Assembly: GCA_046290225.1 (NCBI GenBank)
Contig: JBKAGE010000080.1
Location: forward strand, 1-64,000
Direction of reading: 5' to 3'
DNA: 64,000 nucleotides
Source of the DNA: Bradymonadia bacterium
Lineage (GTDB): Bacteria; Myxococcota_A; Bradymonadia; UBA7976; UBA1532
The notes under the pieces were generated by a model. The model was not told where the DNA came from and did not search any database. It saw only the letters and a program-made list of their open reading frames with translations. Position numbers and translations under genes: made by a program. This document shows, in pieces, positions 1 through 10,884 of the stretch. Position 1 is the stretch's first letter. Each line of letters starts with the position of its first letter.

Positions 1-120
1 CCATCGCCCTGAGTCCAAGACAGGCCGCGGGTCCAGGTATGTATCAACTCGTGCCCGTGCCCGTGCCCGTGCCCGTGCCCGAAAACTCTCTCGCGAGCGC
101 AGCGAGACCGAAGCGAGTAC
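1..120 (+). mobile_element. Right part of GTGCCC-arm palindromic element (copy 1, truncated by window edge)
   Basis: GGTCCAGGTATGTATCAACTC-(GTGCCC)5-GAAAACTCTCT arm; bases 1-99 are identical to 1741-1839. Confidence 0.85.
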
Positions 121-148
121 ACCCACGGCGGCGGTACACCATCCGAGA

Positions 149-1285
149 TCAGTCAAGCTGTGCCAGCAACACCCGTGCAACCTCCGCAACCGCCGATTTA
201 CGCGAGCTCGTCAACGGCTGGACTGCAACCCGGACCGCGTCGTGGTCGAAGCGGAGCAGCATCGTACGCGCCATCTCCCGAACCCTGGCCGAGCCATCCC
301 CCAGAGCACGGGCGAGCTCGGGTATGGCCGCGTCGTCATCGGTGAAGCCGAGGGCACACACCAACCCCATGCGCGTCTTCGCACTGCCCTTGCCCACCTT
401 CTCGGCCAGGGCCGGCACCGCCGCGCCGCCCAACAGCGCGAACGTCTCCGCGATTCGGTTGGTCGAACCCCCCTCGGCTGTGCTGACCAGCTCGTCCCAA
501 CTCGTGTACTGCCAGCGATCTTTGTCGATCAACTCCTCGACAACGCGCCCCGCCCGCGCCTCGTCGGGTACAAAGCCCACCGTGTCCCAGTTCACTGGGC
601 CTTCTCCTGGCATCGTCAGATGAGTCACCGTCTCCAACGACAGACACATGGCCATGTCGCGCACCCGCTCCAGAACCTCAAGGCGCCTCTCGTGGGTCTG
701 AAAACCGTTGAACGTATAGTTCGCAATGAACCCTTCGAGGATGGCTCGGACGCTGTCCGAAGGCGCACGTGACATGCGTCGGTACAGTTCCATCACGGAA
801 AAACACAGGAGCTGATACACCTCGAAGTGCTCCGAGGTGTTTCCACCTGACATGCCCAGTGTCTCTCTGTCACCCCACTCTTCTGGCAACGACTCGAGTG
901 CCCCCTCGAGGCCATCCAGCGCGGCTTCTCCAAAGCGTGCAATGGCCTCCACGATCTCCCAGCGTGGGAAGATGTTGGACTCATGATAGCAAAGCAGCAC
1001 GGTGTGCGCGTGACGCGCGCCGACCATCTCCACCAGAGCCGTCACGCGGCTCCAGTACACGATCTGAACAGGCTCGTTCGACGTCAAAACCGACACGAGA
1101 GCCGCACTCCACTCCTTCTGTGAGACGTCGACCCCTTCTGGCAACTCGACTGGGCCATATGCGTCGAGTAAACGTTCACGTGCGATCTGCTCCAATTCTT
1201 GGGCGTGAGCCACTCGATTCACCTTTCTTTGGGCTTCGACCTCTCGTGGAGCCCACATGTGCTCGTCCTGCCCCACGGGGCTCAT
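149..1285 (-). CDS. HEAT/PBS-lyase-like repeat protein
   Basis: 378-aa ORF; C-terminal HEAT-like repeats (ALGFTDDDAAIPELARALGDGSARVREMA); start may be 1258. Confidence 0.6.
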   Translation of the reverse strand: MSPVGQDEHMWAPREVEAQRKVNRVAHAQELEQIARERLLDAYGPVELPEGVDVSQKEWSAALVSVLTSNEPVQIVYWSRVTALVEMVGARHAHTVLLCYHESNIFPRWEIVEAIARFGEAALDGLEGALESLPEEWGDRETLGMSGGNTSEHFEVYQLLCFSVMELYRRMSRAPSDSVRAILEGFIANYTFNGFQTHERRLEVLERVRDMAMCLSLETVTHLTMPGEGPVNWDTVGFVPDEARAGRVVEELIDKDRWQYTSWDELVSTAEGGSTNRIAETFALLGGAAVPALAEKVGKGSAKTRMGLVCALGFTDDDAAIPELARALGDGSARVREMARTMLLRFDHDAVRVAVQPLTSSRKSAVAEVARVLLAQLD

Positions 1286-1501
1286 AGAACTCGTGTGAGC
1301 AGCATAGTTGTAGAAAGAGTGCTCCGACTCAACGGGTTTGAGTGCCCATCCAGGTCCGGTCTGTATCGGCGATGTGCCCTCGTGGCGGGTGGCTCACATG
1401 CCTTATGGTGGAGTGAAGGATTCAGGGCTTGGTCGTGAGGGGATCAAGTTCGCCATTGAGGACATGACTGAGATTCGGCTTATGGTGATGAGGCTGCGGT
1501 A

Positions 1502-1849
1502 GTTCTCGCTTCGGTCTCGCTGCGCTCGCAGATCAGTTTTCGGGCACGGGCACGGGCACGGGCACGAGTTGATACATACCTGGACCCGTGGTCCTGCATG
1601 ACTCCGCTCACGGGTCTATAGATGGTAGAGGATCTAATCGGCCCCATGCGATTCTCAGTGTAGCTTTGTTGGCTGCCACATGGCTCCGAACCCGAACTTT
1701 CAGGCCATTCCGAAACATATCGAATCAGCCTCAATGACAACCATCGCCCTGAGTCCAAGACAGGCCGCGGGTCCAGGTATGTATCAACTCGTGCCCGTGC
1801 CCGTGCCCGTGCCCGTGCCCGAAAACTCTCTCGCGAGCGAAGCGAGTAC
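1502..1849 (+). mobile_element. GTGCCC-arm palindromic element (copy 2), MITE/REPIN-like
   Basis: Left arm (GGGCAC)4-GAGTTGATACATACCTGGACCCG and inverted right arm with (GTGCCC)5; internal spacer homologous to the other copies. Confidence 0.85.
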
Positions 1850-1893
1850 GCCCAACTTGTGAGACACTGACCCCCCACGACTCGGGAGGCACA

Positions 1894-4377
1894 ATGCGCC
1901 ACCTCACCTCGCTCCTGCTCACCCTCACGCTCCTCGCCTGTGACGACGGCGGCAACAGCGAAGCCCCCACCGGCGACGCGGGTACCCAGCCCACAGCAGA
2001 CATGGCCACAGGCGGCGCAGGCGGAGAGCCGGCAGCAGATGCCATGCCGCCTGATGCTGAGGCACCATCCGACGCAGATCTCCCCGATGCCGATCTCCCC
2101 GACGCCGCCCCCAAGGTGGAGCAACCCTTCGCCGAAACCGAGCCGGTGCAGGTGAGTCAGTGGCTCTATACCAGCCTCTCTGGGCAAGATCCCGTGGGCA
2201 ACGCCCTGGAGCAGGGCACCTTCATCGCCCCCGAGCGCCTGGGCCGCGACGATTTGGGCGTGGACTGGGCGCCGCTGTTCCCTCAAGACGATGGCGCCCT
2301 CATCAACGTCGACGCCGACGTGGGCTATGCCGTGGGCTGGGTGTTCACCGCAGAGTCAACATCGATGACTCTGCTTGCAGATCGCGCCTTCACCGTGTGG
2401 TTCAACGGCCGCCAGCTGCCCGGTGATGTCTACGGCTCCGGCAAACTGCGGGCGGCGCTGCACAGCAATGCAGGCGACAACGTCTTGGTGATTCAGTTCG
2501 CCGGCCGACGGGGCGCGCCGAGGGTGCAGCTCGCATCTACGACTGATCCTGTCTCAGTGAACCCTGCCGATCTCACCGTACCCGACCTGCCCGTGGGCGA
2601 AGGGTCTACCCAGCAGCTCACGCAATACATCGGCCTGCCCTTGCTCAACCACGGCGACGAAGCCCTGCTCGATGTTCGAGCACAGGTCATCGAAGACGAC
2701 CGCTTCGAGGGCACCGGGACTCGACTGCCGGGCCTCGCCCCTGGTGCGGCGACGCAGCTCGCCTTCGAGCTCACCCCAAAGGCAGCCTTTGATGCTGCCG
2801 AGGAGACCGTGGAGGTGTCCCTCGCTATCACCGCAGACAACCTCGGCACCATCTACACCACCACAGTGAGCCTGAGCACGGTGGCCGCCGACACCACCCA
2901 TCGACGCAGTCGCCGCTCGGAGGTCGATCACTCAGTGCAGTATTATGGCGCGGTGCCGCCCGTGGGTTTCGATCCGCAGGTCACGCCTGAGTCACCATAT
3001 GGCCTCGTGCTCAGCCTGCACGGCGCCGGTGTTGAAGGCATCGGCCAGGCCCGCGCTTACAGCGCCAAGGACAACGCGTGGATCATCGCCCCCACCAACC
3101 GACGCCCATTCGGCTTCGACTGGGAGGTCTGGGGTCGCCTCGACGGGCTCGAAGCCCTCGACCACGCCACAGCGACACTGCAGACAGACCCTGCCCGCAC
3201 GTGGCTCACCGGTCACTCCATGGGCGGTCACGGGACGTGGCACCTCGGGGTCATGGACACGAGCCGGTTCGCGGTCATTGCCCCGAGCGCCGGGTGGAGC
3301 AGCTTCTACTCCTACCAGGGGCTGCAGCGCCCTATGGGCGTCTTCGGTCGGGCCCGGGCGCCGAGCGACACCCTGAATTACATCGAGAACCTCGCTCAGC
3401 GAGCGGTCTAAATCATCCACGGCACCGCGGACAACAACGTGCCCATCCGCGAAGGGCGAGACATGCGAGCCGCAGTGGAAGGCGTCGCGGCTTCGGTTGA
3501 GATGCACGAGGAGGAAGGCGCTGGTCACTGGTGGGATGGTGATCGCGCCGGCGGCGCCGACTGTGTGGACTGGCCCCCAGCCTTCGAGTTGATGGCGGCC
3601 CGAACCCTGCCCCGGCCGGAGCTGACCTTCGACTACCGCTGCCCCGGGGCGTGGTATTGCCGCGCGTACGGTCCGGTCCGCTTGGACGCCGCAGAAGACT
3701 TCGAGCGGGATCTCTACATCTCTGCGGCTCCCATGGGCGACGCCGGCTGGGCCCTCACCACCGACAACGTGCGGCGCATGACCATCGACGGTGGAGCGCT
3801 CATCGATGCAGGTATCACCACCCTGCTCGTGGACGAGCAGATGTTCGAGGTGGAAGCAGGCCCCATGGTCATCGGCCCCACCGAGGGGAAGCGCCCTGGG
3901 CAGCACGGCCCGCTGGACGAGGCGTTCTATCGGCCTTTCTGTTTTGTCTACGACACCTCGACGCCGGCCTACGCCGAGATCGCTGCGCACCTGACCACAT
4001 ACTGGTCCTTCATCGGCAACGGACAAGCCTGCGCGGTGCCCTTTGATCTGATCAACAGTGCTGACTTGGATGGCTACAACCGCATCTACCTCGGAGTGCC
4101 AGCCGAAGACCTCGACGCCACGCCTGACGGCATCACCTGGGGCGGTGATACGATCACTGTGGGTGGAGAATCACAAAGCGAGGCGGCGCTGGTGGCGGTT
4201 TTCCCTGAAAGTGAGGGGCTCTCGGCCATCTTCTGGGCTACGCCGGGCCATGAATGGCTGCTCCCCCGGGCGAACCCCTTTGGGTCACGACGTAGTCTGC
4301 CGGACTATCTGGTGTTTGGCACTGATGGCGGCCGCGCAGCAGGGTTCTTCACGCCTGATTGGCGCCTCTCACGCTGA
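1894..4377 (+). pseudogene. Lipoprotein alpha/beta-hydrolase (prolyl oligopeptidase/esterase-like) interrupted by an in-frame TAA at 3409-3411
   Basis: Lipobox LLAC and nucleophile motif GHSMGG; the same frame continues after TAA as IIHGTADNNVP...GHWW (catalytic Asp/His) to 4377. Confidence 0.8.
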
Positions 4378-4478
4378 GTGAGAAAGATGTGACTCAAGGC
4401 GCCGAGGTCATGCCCCATGAAGTGTAGCTCATCAGCATACATTGAGTGTCTCGTACGCCAAGAGATCGATGTTGCTAT

Positions 4479-6170
4479 CTATGGACAGCCAGTATCGTTG
4501 AAGAACCGCTCCGGCACACAATACGGCTGGAACAGCTGAGGTCCAGGCACCGTGCAGCACGTGCCTTCGCCGAACTCCGCGGCGCACTCATTGGCCTCGA
4601 AGCACTCTCGGATACAGAACAGCCCCTGGTACAGACGGTCCTCGTCGAAAACCCCCAAGCACTCCAGGTCGTCTCGGCAGCCTTGCGCATCGCAGGGCTC
4701 ACCGGGGCCCGGTCGCAGATCTGCGTCGGGCAATTCCATGTCCGGCACCTCGGCGTCCGGAATCTCCACGTCGGGGATCTCCACATCGGGGATCTCCACG
4801 TCGGGCACCTCGGCGTCTGGAATCTCTACATCTGGCACTTCAACATCGGGCACCGACATATCATCGACGCTGACATCGGCCATCAACATCGCATCGGGTA
4901 CATCAATGTCTGGAATCTCAACGTCGGGTACGCCTTCGTCGATCATCTCCACGTCGGGCACATCAGCGTCAAACACCTCGGCGTCGGCGATCACACCACC
5001 ATCCGAGAACACGCCCGCGTCGAAGGTCTGCTCCAGATCGATGGTGGGTGCCGGCATGCGATCCGTGGCGATGGTGCCACCGCGGCCGCGATCGAAGCGG
5101 CCGCCCACCGTCCAGATGTCTTCACCGGACCAAACCGCGTGCAGTGTCGTCGGGCCGAAGAGTGCTGTGTTCGGCGCCACCAGAGCCGACCACTCCCCTT
5201 CGAGGCTCCGGGCCAGCAGCGTACCGTTCTCACCGCTGGCCAGGGCGCGGCCCGTGGGCTCGACGAAGACCCCGTTCAGCGCCACGTCGAGGGGGGGCGG
5301 ATCAGCGGTTTGCCATGCGAAGCCGTCCCAGCTGACAGCTCTTGGACGGTTGAGACCACCCACTGCCAGCGTCTGGCCACCGGGCAGGCCGTGCACCGTG
5401 AACAAGATCTCGGGCTCACCTGCAGGATCGACACGCTGGAACATGCGACCGTTCCAGAAGAAGGCCACCCCGCCTTCACCGACAATGTGCACCGCGTCGG
5501 GGGCCGAGCCCCAGACCTTGTAGAAGCTCACCGCAGGATCAGTCTGCAAGATGACGTCGTCCACGCGACGCCACACGCCGTCGCCTTCGGAGCGGAGCAC
5601 AATGTTGCGATCCCCGTCGGCTCGGGGCGAGCCGCCCACGGCCCAGAGATCGTCGGGGCCCGAGCCCCAGAGGCCCCACAGGCGGGTCTCTTCGGTGAGG
5701 CCCGTCTCTTCTTCGACCCAGCGGCCATCCCTGCGGCGCAGGATCCGACCCTCTTCGCCACAGGCCCAGACGTGATCGTCGTCGGTGCCCCAGATCCACC
5801 AGAGCGCGGGGCCCGGCGGGGTCGCCTCTCGGGCGATCTGCTCGCCATCGAAGCGGGCCACCAGGCCACCCTCGGGGCCCAAGGCGCCCCCGGCGAACCA
5901 GACCTGACCAGAGCCTGAGCCCCACACACCAAGGATCAACGGGTCGAACTCGCCGTCGATGGGTCGGATCTCACCAGGAGGCGGCTCGGCGTCGCGGAGA
6001 TCTGCGTCGGGGATCGGGCCCATGTCGGGGATCGGCGCCATATCAGCCACTGGGGGCACGTACCCCCCCGACTCCGCGTCGGATTGATCTTCTTCACAGC
6101 CCAGCAATGTCATGGACGCCGCCAGAGACATCGCCACGTACAAGCCCCTCATACCGCTCATTCCCCTCAT
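4479..6170 (-). CDS. Lipoprotein with WGSGPDDxWAVG beta-propeller-like repeats, acidic PDVEI linker and Cys-rich C-terminus
   Basis: Lipobox TLLGC; repeated (V/L)WG(S/T)xxDxxW motifs; ATGA overlap with the upstream gene at 6167-6170. Confidence 0.75.
   Translation of the reverse strand: MRGMSGMRGLYVAMSLAASMTLLGCEEDQSDAESGGYVPPVADMAPIPDMGPIPDADLRDAEPPPGEIRPIDGEFDPLILGVWGSGSGQVWFAGGALGPEGGLVARFDGEQIAREATPPGPALWWIWGTDDDHVWACGEEGRILRRRDGRWVEEETGLTEETRLWGLWGSGPDDLWAVGGSPRADGDRNIVLRSEGDGVWRRVDDVILQTDPAVSFYKVWGSAPDAVHIVGEGGVAFFWNGRMFQRVDPAGEPEILFTVHGLPGGQTLAVGGLNRPRAVSWDGFAWQTADPPPLDVALNGVFVEPTGRALASGENGTLLARSLEGEWSALVAPNTALFGPTTLHAVWSGEDIWTVGGRFDRGRGGTIATDRMPAPTIDLEQTFDAGVFSDGGVIADAEVFDADVPDVEMIDEGVPDVEIPDIDVPDAMLMADVSVDDMSVPDVEVPDVEIPDAEVPDVEIPDVEIPDVEIPDAEVPDMELPDADLRPGPGEPCDAQGCRDDLECLGVFDEDRLYQGLFCIRECFEANECAAEFGEGTCCTVPGPQLFQPYCVPERFFNDTGCP
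4731..4985 (-). repeat. Coding 15-bp tandem repeats encoding PDVEI/PDAEV pentapeptides
   Basis: Imperfect 15-nt periodicity within the lipoprotein ORF. Confidence 0.8.
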
Positions 6171-7936
6171 TCGATGATCCCCAGTCGCGTAATCTCGCTG
6201 GGCAGGTCGTACGTCCGGGGCACGTTGGGCAGCCCCGAGAGCTGGCGGCGCAGGCACGGCAGGCCCTCGGTGAGCTCGCACGGTGGCGGGCTCACGGGGG
6301 GCGGCTCCACCACCTCGATCGTCTGGTTCGGCGCCACGTCGTCGAGTTCCACCACCCGGCCCGTGGCAGGGAACACCACCCGCACGAAGAGCCCGGCGCC
6401 GGGCATGGGCAGATCACCGAGGCCGAAGTGCTCGATGGGCTCGTCCTGGCTCAGGAAGTTCGACCCGCCCTGGCGCTCGCGCAGCTGCAGCGGGCCCTCT
6501 CGATCGCGGCCCACCCACACACGGGCGCCGATGCCGTCCCGGTTCGAATCGAGGCCCCGGACCCTCACCCGGAGCCAGGGGTTCTGGTTGCCGCCCTCGT
6601 TGCGATAGAGCACCGGGTGGCCGGTGTTGTGCACCACGAACAGGTCGAGATCACCGTCGTTGTCGTAGTCGAAGGTGAGCAGGCCCTTGCCCGAGTCGGT
6701 GGCCTCGATGCCCACGGCGTCGGAGACCTCGGTGAAGGTGCCGTCGCCGTTGTTCTGCCAGAACCGCATCGGATCTTCGTTGTAGATGTCGTCTTCGTCG
6801 TAATTGGGCACGTCGAAGCCGTTGGTCATCACCAAATCGAGATCGCCGTCATTGTCGTAATCGAAGAAGGTGGTGCCCCACCCCCAAAAGCCCTCGCGAA
6901 CACCGGCTTCGTCGGTGACGTCGGTGAAGACCCGATCGCCGTCGTTCCGGTAGAGCCGGTTGCCCGAGTAGCCCCAGAAGCAGCGGTTGCCCTCGCCATC
7001 GCAGGTCTCGTTCTCGTCGGAGATCGAGGTCACAAACCAGTCGAGATCGCCGTCGTTGTCGTAATCGCCCAGGGCGGCGCCCATGCCGTTCTCGTCGGTG
7101 CCCACCTGAGAGGCCTCGGTGGTGTCGACGAAGATGCCCTGGCCCTCGTTGAAGAACAGCCGGCTGGTGCCGAAGTCACCTGCGAGGGCCAGATCGGGCC
7201 AGCCGTCGTTGTCGAGATCGGCGATGCGGGCGGTGAAGGAGAACAGCCCGGGGATAAAGCCCAGGGTGGGGTCGATCTCCAAACCACGGGGGTTGGTCTC
7301 GTCCCTGAAGTGACCGGGGTTGAGAGCGCCGAGGTTCATCATGAGGGCGGCGCCGTTCTCCGGGATCGTGCCGGGGACCACGCCCCTGGGGCTCCAGGCG
7401 GTGGTGAAGGCGTCGAGCCAGCCATCGCGATCGACGTCGCCGAAAGTGATGCTGAAGCCCTGGTGATCGAAGGCCGAGGTCCGCTCGGCGCCTCGGGCGT
7501 TGGCCTCTTCGGTGAAGTGGCACCGGCCATCGTTGATGAAGAGGTAGTACCGGTTGTGGGTCATGACGCTGACGTACAGATCGAGATCGCCGTCGTTGTC
7601 GATGTCACCCCATGCGGCACCGTTCGTAGGCTGATCGATCACGATGCCGGCCTCGGCTGCGCCCTCGACGAAGGTGCCGTCGCCGTTGTTGACGAAGAGC
7701 ACATCGGTGTTGAACAGCCGGGTGGCGAAGAGATCGACATCTCCGTCGTTGTCACAGTCACCGGCGACGGCGCCCCCTGACTCGTACCAGGCCTCTCTGA
7801 GGCGGGGCTCCTCGGGCAGCTCGTACTGCAGGTAGTCCACCCCGGCTTCTTGTGTGGCGTCGACGAAGCCCACCTGCCCCGAAGCGAGCGCGGGCAGGCT
7901 CACGAGCAAGATGAGCAGATGAAGATGTACGCGCAC
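6167..7936 (-). CDS. CRTAC1/ASPIC-UnbV family FG-GAP repeat protein
   Basis: Signal peptide; multiple DxDNDGDLDL repeats; C-terminal NRDGIGARV...GGSNFLSQ...HFGLG (ASPIC/UnbV-like); GTG start with GGAG RBS. Confidence 0.85.
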   Translation of the reverse strand: MRVHLHLLILLVSLPALASGQVGFVDATQEAGVDYLQYELPEEPRLREAWYESGGAVAGDCDNDGDVDLFATRLFNTDVLFVNNGDGTFVEGAAEAGIVIDQPTNGAAWGDIDNDGDLDLYVSVMTHNRYYLFINDGRCHFTEEANARGAERTSAFDHQGFSITFGDVDRDGWLDAFTTAWSPRGVVPGTIPENGAALMMNLGALNPGHFRDETNPRGLEIDPTLGFIPGLFSFTARIADLDNDGWPDLALAGDFGTSRLFFNEGQGIFVDTTEASQVGTDENGMGAALGDYDNDGDLDWFVTSISDENETCDGEGNRCFWGYSGNRLYRNDGDRVFTDVTDEAGVREGFWGWGTTFFDYDNDGDLDLVMTNGFDVPNYDEDDIYNEDPMRFWQNNGDGTFTEVSDAVGIEATDSGKGLLTFDYDNDGDLDLFVVHNTGHPVLYRNEGGNQNPWLRVRVRGLDSNRDGIGARVWVGRDREGPLQLRERQGGSNFLSQDEPIEHFGLGDLPMPGAGLFVRVVFPATGRVVELDDVAPNQTIEVVEPPPVSPPPCELTEGLPCLRRQLSGLPNVPRTYDLPSEITRLGIIE

Positions 7937-8149
7937 GCGATCTCCGCATGTGGGTTCGTGGAGGTGTTTATAGCCGGCAGTGGCGGTCGAGATCATCTAC
8001 AGCATCGTACTCAAAGCAATCATCTGCTCGAGCGTCGACCCACCATTCGGTAACCCTCGCCGGCTACGCGTTACCCCACCGACACACCAAACACGCTCTC
8101 GACCAGTGCCTGGGGCAGAGACTTTCGTATTCCCGAGGGTTTCGAAAGC

Positions 8150-8165
8150 TGGCACGGCCTTTGAG
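8150..8165 (+). promoter_or_regulatory. Possible sigma54 -24/-12 promoter of the cco operon
   Basis: TGGCACGGCCTTTGA about 50 bp upstream of ccoS: exact -24 TGGCACG with correct spacing, but -12 is GA rather than GC. Confidence 0.3.
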
Positions 8166-8216
8166 AAGAGGTGCCTCCGAGGCCCGTTTGGGCTCGTCCA
8201 CGCATTCGGAGGCCCC

Positions 8217-8456
8217 ATGGGCGTCATCTACCTGCTCATCCCTTTGGCGCTCGGCATCATGATCGCCGCCGTGCTCACCTTCTGGTGGGCCGCCCGCGAC
8301 GGCCAGTTCGACGACATGGACACCCCCGCCGTCCGCGTCCTCTTCGACGACGCCCACACATCACACGCACAAAACGCCGCACCCCAAAACGCCGCGGGTG
8401 CACCCACCACCCCAGCGCATCGAGGCTTCGATCGCAGCAGGGAGGAGATGGCATGA
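8217..8456 (+). CDS. ccoS: cbb3-type oxidase maturation protein CcoS
   Basis: [12 protein letters not shown]...[21 protein letters not shown] signature; GGAGG RBS. Confidence 0.93.
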   Translation: MGVIYLLIPLALGIMIAAVLTFWWAARDGQFDDMDTPAVRVLFDDAHTSHAQNAAPQNAAGAPTTPAHRGFDRSREEMA

Positions 8457-10690
8457 GCCAAAACGTCGAGACCTTCAGATACGACGACGCGATCGTACGA
8501 AAGTTCGCCGTCGCCACCGCGATATGGGGGGTGGTCGGCATGCTTGTCGGCCTCATCGCCGCATATCAGTTCGTCATGCCCGAGCTGAACCTCGGCATGC
8601 CCTACACCACCTTCAGCCGGATCAGGCCGCTGCACACCAACGCGGTCATCTTCGCCTTCGTGGGCAACGGCATGTTCGCGGGCGTTTATTACTCGTCTCA
8701 GCGGCTGCTCAAGGCCCGCATGTTCAGCGACACCCTGTCGAAGATTCACTTCTGGGGCTGGCAGCTCATCATCGTCGCCGCCGCCATCAGCTTCCCGCTG
8801 GGCATCAGCCAGTCCAAAGAGTACGCCGAGCTCGAGTGGCCCATCGATATCGCCATCGCCGTGGTGTGGGTGATCTTCGCCATCAACTTCTTCGGCACCA
8901 TCGCCAGGCGCCGCGAGCGCCACATGTACGTGGCGATCTGGTTCTACATCGCGTCGATCGTCACCGTGGCCCTGCTGCACATCGTCAACAACCTCGTGCT
9001 CCCCGTCTCGGCCCTGAAGAGCTACAGCATCTTCGCCGGCGTTCAGGACGGCCTCGTGCAGTGGTGGTACGGCCACAACGCCGTGGCCTTCTTCCTCACC
9101 ACCCCCTACCTCGGGCTGATGTACTACTTCATGCCCAAGGCCGCCGAGCGCCCCGTCTACAGCTACCGGCTGTCGATCATCCACTTCTGGTCGCTGATCT
9201 TCATCTACATCTGGGCGGGCCCCCACCACCTGCTCTACACCTCGCTGCCCGACTGGGCCCAGACCCTGGGCATGGTGTTCTCGCTGATGCTCATCGCCCC
9301 CAGCTGGGGCGGCATGATCAACGGCCTGCTCACCCTGCGCGGCGCCTGGGACAAGCTGCGGACCGATCCGATCATCAAGTTCTTCGTCGTGGCCATCACC
9401 TTCTATGGGATGTCCACCTTCGAGGGGCCCATGATGTCCATCAAGTCGGTGAACGCCCTGAGCCACTACACCAACTGGACCATCGGTCACGTGCACTCCG
9501 GGGCCCTCGGCTGGAACGGGTTCCTGACCTTCGGCATGCTCTACTGGCTGATCCCCAGGCTCTGGAAGACCAGGCTCTACAGCATGACCCTCGCCACCAC
9601 CCACTTCTGGATCGGGCTGGTGGGCATCGGCCTCTATGTGTTGTCGATGTGGGTGGCCGGTGTCTCCGAGGGCCTCATGTGGCGCGCCTTCGATGAGGAG
9701 GGCAAGCTCGTCTACAGCAGCTGGATGCAGATGGTGACCACCCTGATGCCCACCTACTGGGTCCGGGCCATCGGCGGCACGCTGTACCTCGGCGGCGCCA
9801 TCATCATGCTCTACAACCTGTTCATGACCATCCGGCAGGGCACTGCCGGCGAGGATGAAGAGGCGAGCGCCCCGGCCCTCAAGCCCGCGGTGGCCCACCC
9901 TGGCGCCCACTGGCACACCATCATCGAAGGCAAGCCCTTCAAGTTCACCGTGCTCACCGTGGTGGCCGTGGCCATCGGCGGCGCCTTCGAGATCGTGCCC
10001 ACCCTGGCCATCGACTCGAACGTGCCCACCATCGCCTCGGTGAAGCCCTACACCCCCCTCGAGCTCGAGGGCCGAGACATCTACCTCGCCGAGGGCTGTT
10101 ATGTCTGCCACTCGCAGATGGTGCGCCCCTTCCGGAGCGAGACTGAGCGCTATGGCGAGTACAGCAAGGCTGGCGAGTTCGTCTACGACCGCCCCTTCCA
10201 GTTCGGCTCGCGACGCATCGGGCCCGATCTGCACCGCCTCGGGGGCAAGTACCCGCACCTGTGGCACTACAAACACATGATGGATCCGACGAGTACGTCG
10301 GAGGGCTCGATCATGCCCCCCTACCCCTGGCTCTTCGAGGACGAGCTCGATCTCAGCCTCGTGAGCGCCAAGGTGAACGCCCACGAGATCCTCGGCGCCC
10401 CGTACACCGAGGCCCAGATCGACAACGCCGCCCAGCTCGCTCAGAGCCAGGCCGACGTCATCGCCCGTGAGCTCGCCGACGCCGGCGTAACCGGCACCGA
10501 CGAGCAGCCGATGCGCTACGAGACGCTGCGCACACGTCAGATCGTGGCCCTCATCGCCTACCTGCAGCGCCTGGGCACCGACATCAAGCTCGCCCCCAAG
10601 GCGGGTGAAGGTGGCAAGGACACGGCTGAGCAGAAAGACGGCGACCAGAATGGAGCGATGCCCGACGAGCACGCCAGCGTGAAGCCATGA
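8453..10690 (+). CDS. ccoN: Fused cbb3-type cytochrome c oxidase subunit I/II (CcoN-CcoO)
   Basis: [27 protein letters not shown] and GHVH in the CcoN part; [13 protein letters not shown] and GPDL in the CcoO part; ATGA overlap with ccoS. Confidence 0.97.
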   Translation: MSQNVETFRYDDAIVRKFAVATAIWGVVGMLVGLIAAYQFVMPELNLGMPYTTFSRIRPLHTNAVIFAFVGNGMFAGVYYSSQRLLKARMFSDTLSKIHFWGWQLIIVAAAISFPLGISQSKEYAELEWPIDIAIAVVWVIFAINFFGTIARRRERHMYVAIWFYIASIVTVALLHIVNNLVLPVSALKSYSIFAGVQDGLVQWWYGHNAVAFFLTTPYLGLMYYFMPKAAERPVYSYRLSIIHFWSLIFIYIWAGPHHLLYTSLPDWAQTLGMVFSLMLIAPSWGGMINGLLTLRGAWDKLRTDPIIKFFVVAITFYGMSTFEGPMMSIKSVNALSHYTNWTIGHVHSGALGWNGFLTFGMLYWLIPRLWKTRLYSMTLATTHFWIGLVGIGLYVLSMWVAGVSEGLMWRAFDEEGKLVYSSWMQMVTTLMPTYWVRAIGGTLYLGGAIIMLYNLFMTIRQGTAGEDEEASAPALKPAVAHPGAHWHTIIEGKPFKFTVLTVVAVAIGGAFEIVPTLAIDSNVPTIASVKPYTPLELEGRDIYLAEGCYVCHSQMVRPFRSETERYGEYSKAGEFVYDRPFQFGSRRIGPDLHRLGGKYPHLWHYKHMMDPTSTSEGSIMPPYPWLFEDELDLSLVSAKVNAHEILGAPYTEAQIDNAAQLAQSQADVIARELADAGVTGTDEQPMRYETLRTRQIVALIAYLQRLGTDIKLAPKAGEGGKDTAEQKDGDQNGAMPDEHASVKP

Positions 10691-10884
10691 TGAAGGAACT
10701 CATCAACGAGACAGATCAGCTCATCTTTCCGCTCATCTCGGCGGTGATGTTTCTGTCGATGTTCGTCGCCGCCCTCTTCTGGGTCTATCGAAAAGGCGGC
10801 CGGGAAGTCTACGCCCGTCGGAGCCAGATGGTGTTTCACGACGGCACCGTGAAGGGCACACAGAAGGAGACAGATCATGTCTGA
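10687..10884 (+). CDS. ccoQ: cbb3 oxidase small subunit CcoQ-like
   Basis: 65 aa, single TM, lies between ccoNO and ccoP with overlapping start/stop codons. Confidence 0.75.
   Translation: MMKELINETDQLIFPLISAVMFLSMFVAALFWVYRKGGREVYARRSQMVFHDGTVKGTQKETDHV

Noticed and set aside
1380..1500. Possible decayed spacer fragment of the element (GGATTCAGGGC...CATTGAGG)
   Set aside because: Only short matches to the copy 4 spacer; could be chance.
3409..3411. Selenocysteine or pyrrolysine recoding at the internal stop
   Set aside because: The codon is TAA, not TGA or TAG, and the position fits a Tyr or hydrophobic residue.
7990..8216. FNR/FixK box upstream of cco
   Set aside because: No TTGAT-N4-ATCAA match was found by eye.
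8228..10672. Long antisense ORFs (also 6107..7780, 17078..18463, 24400..26019, 31531..33654, 57160..58365)
   Set aside because: Shadow ORFs typical of high-GC coding DNA, lying opposite well-supported genes and without recognisable motifs.
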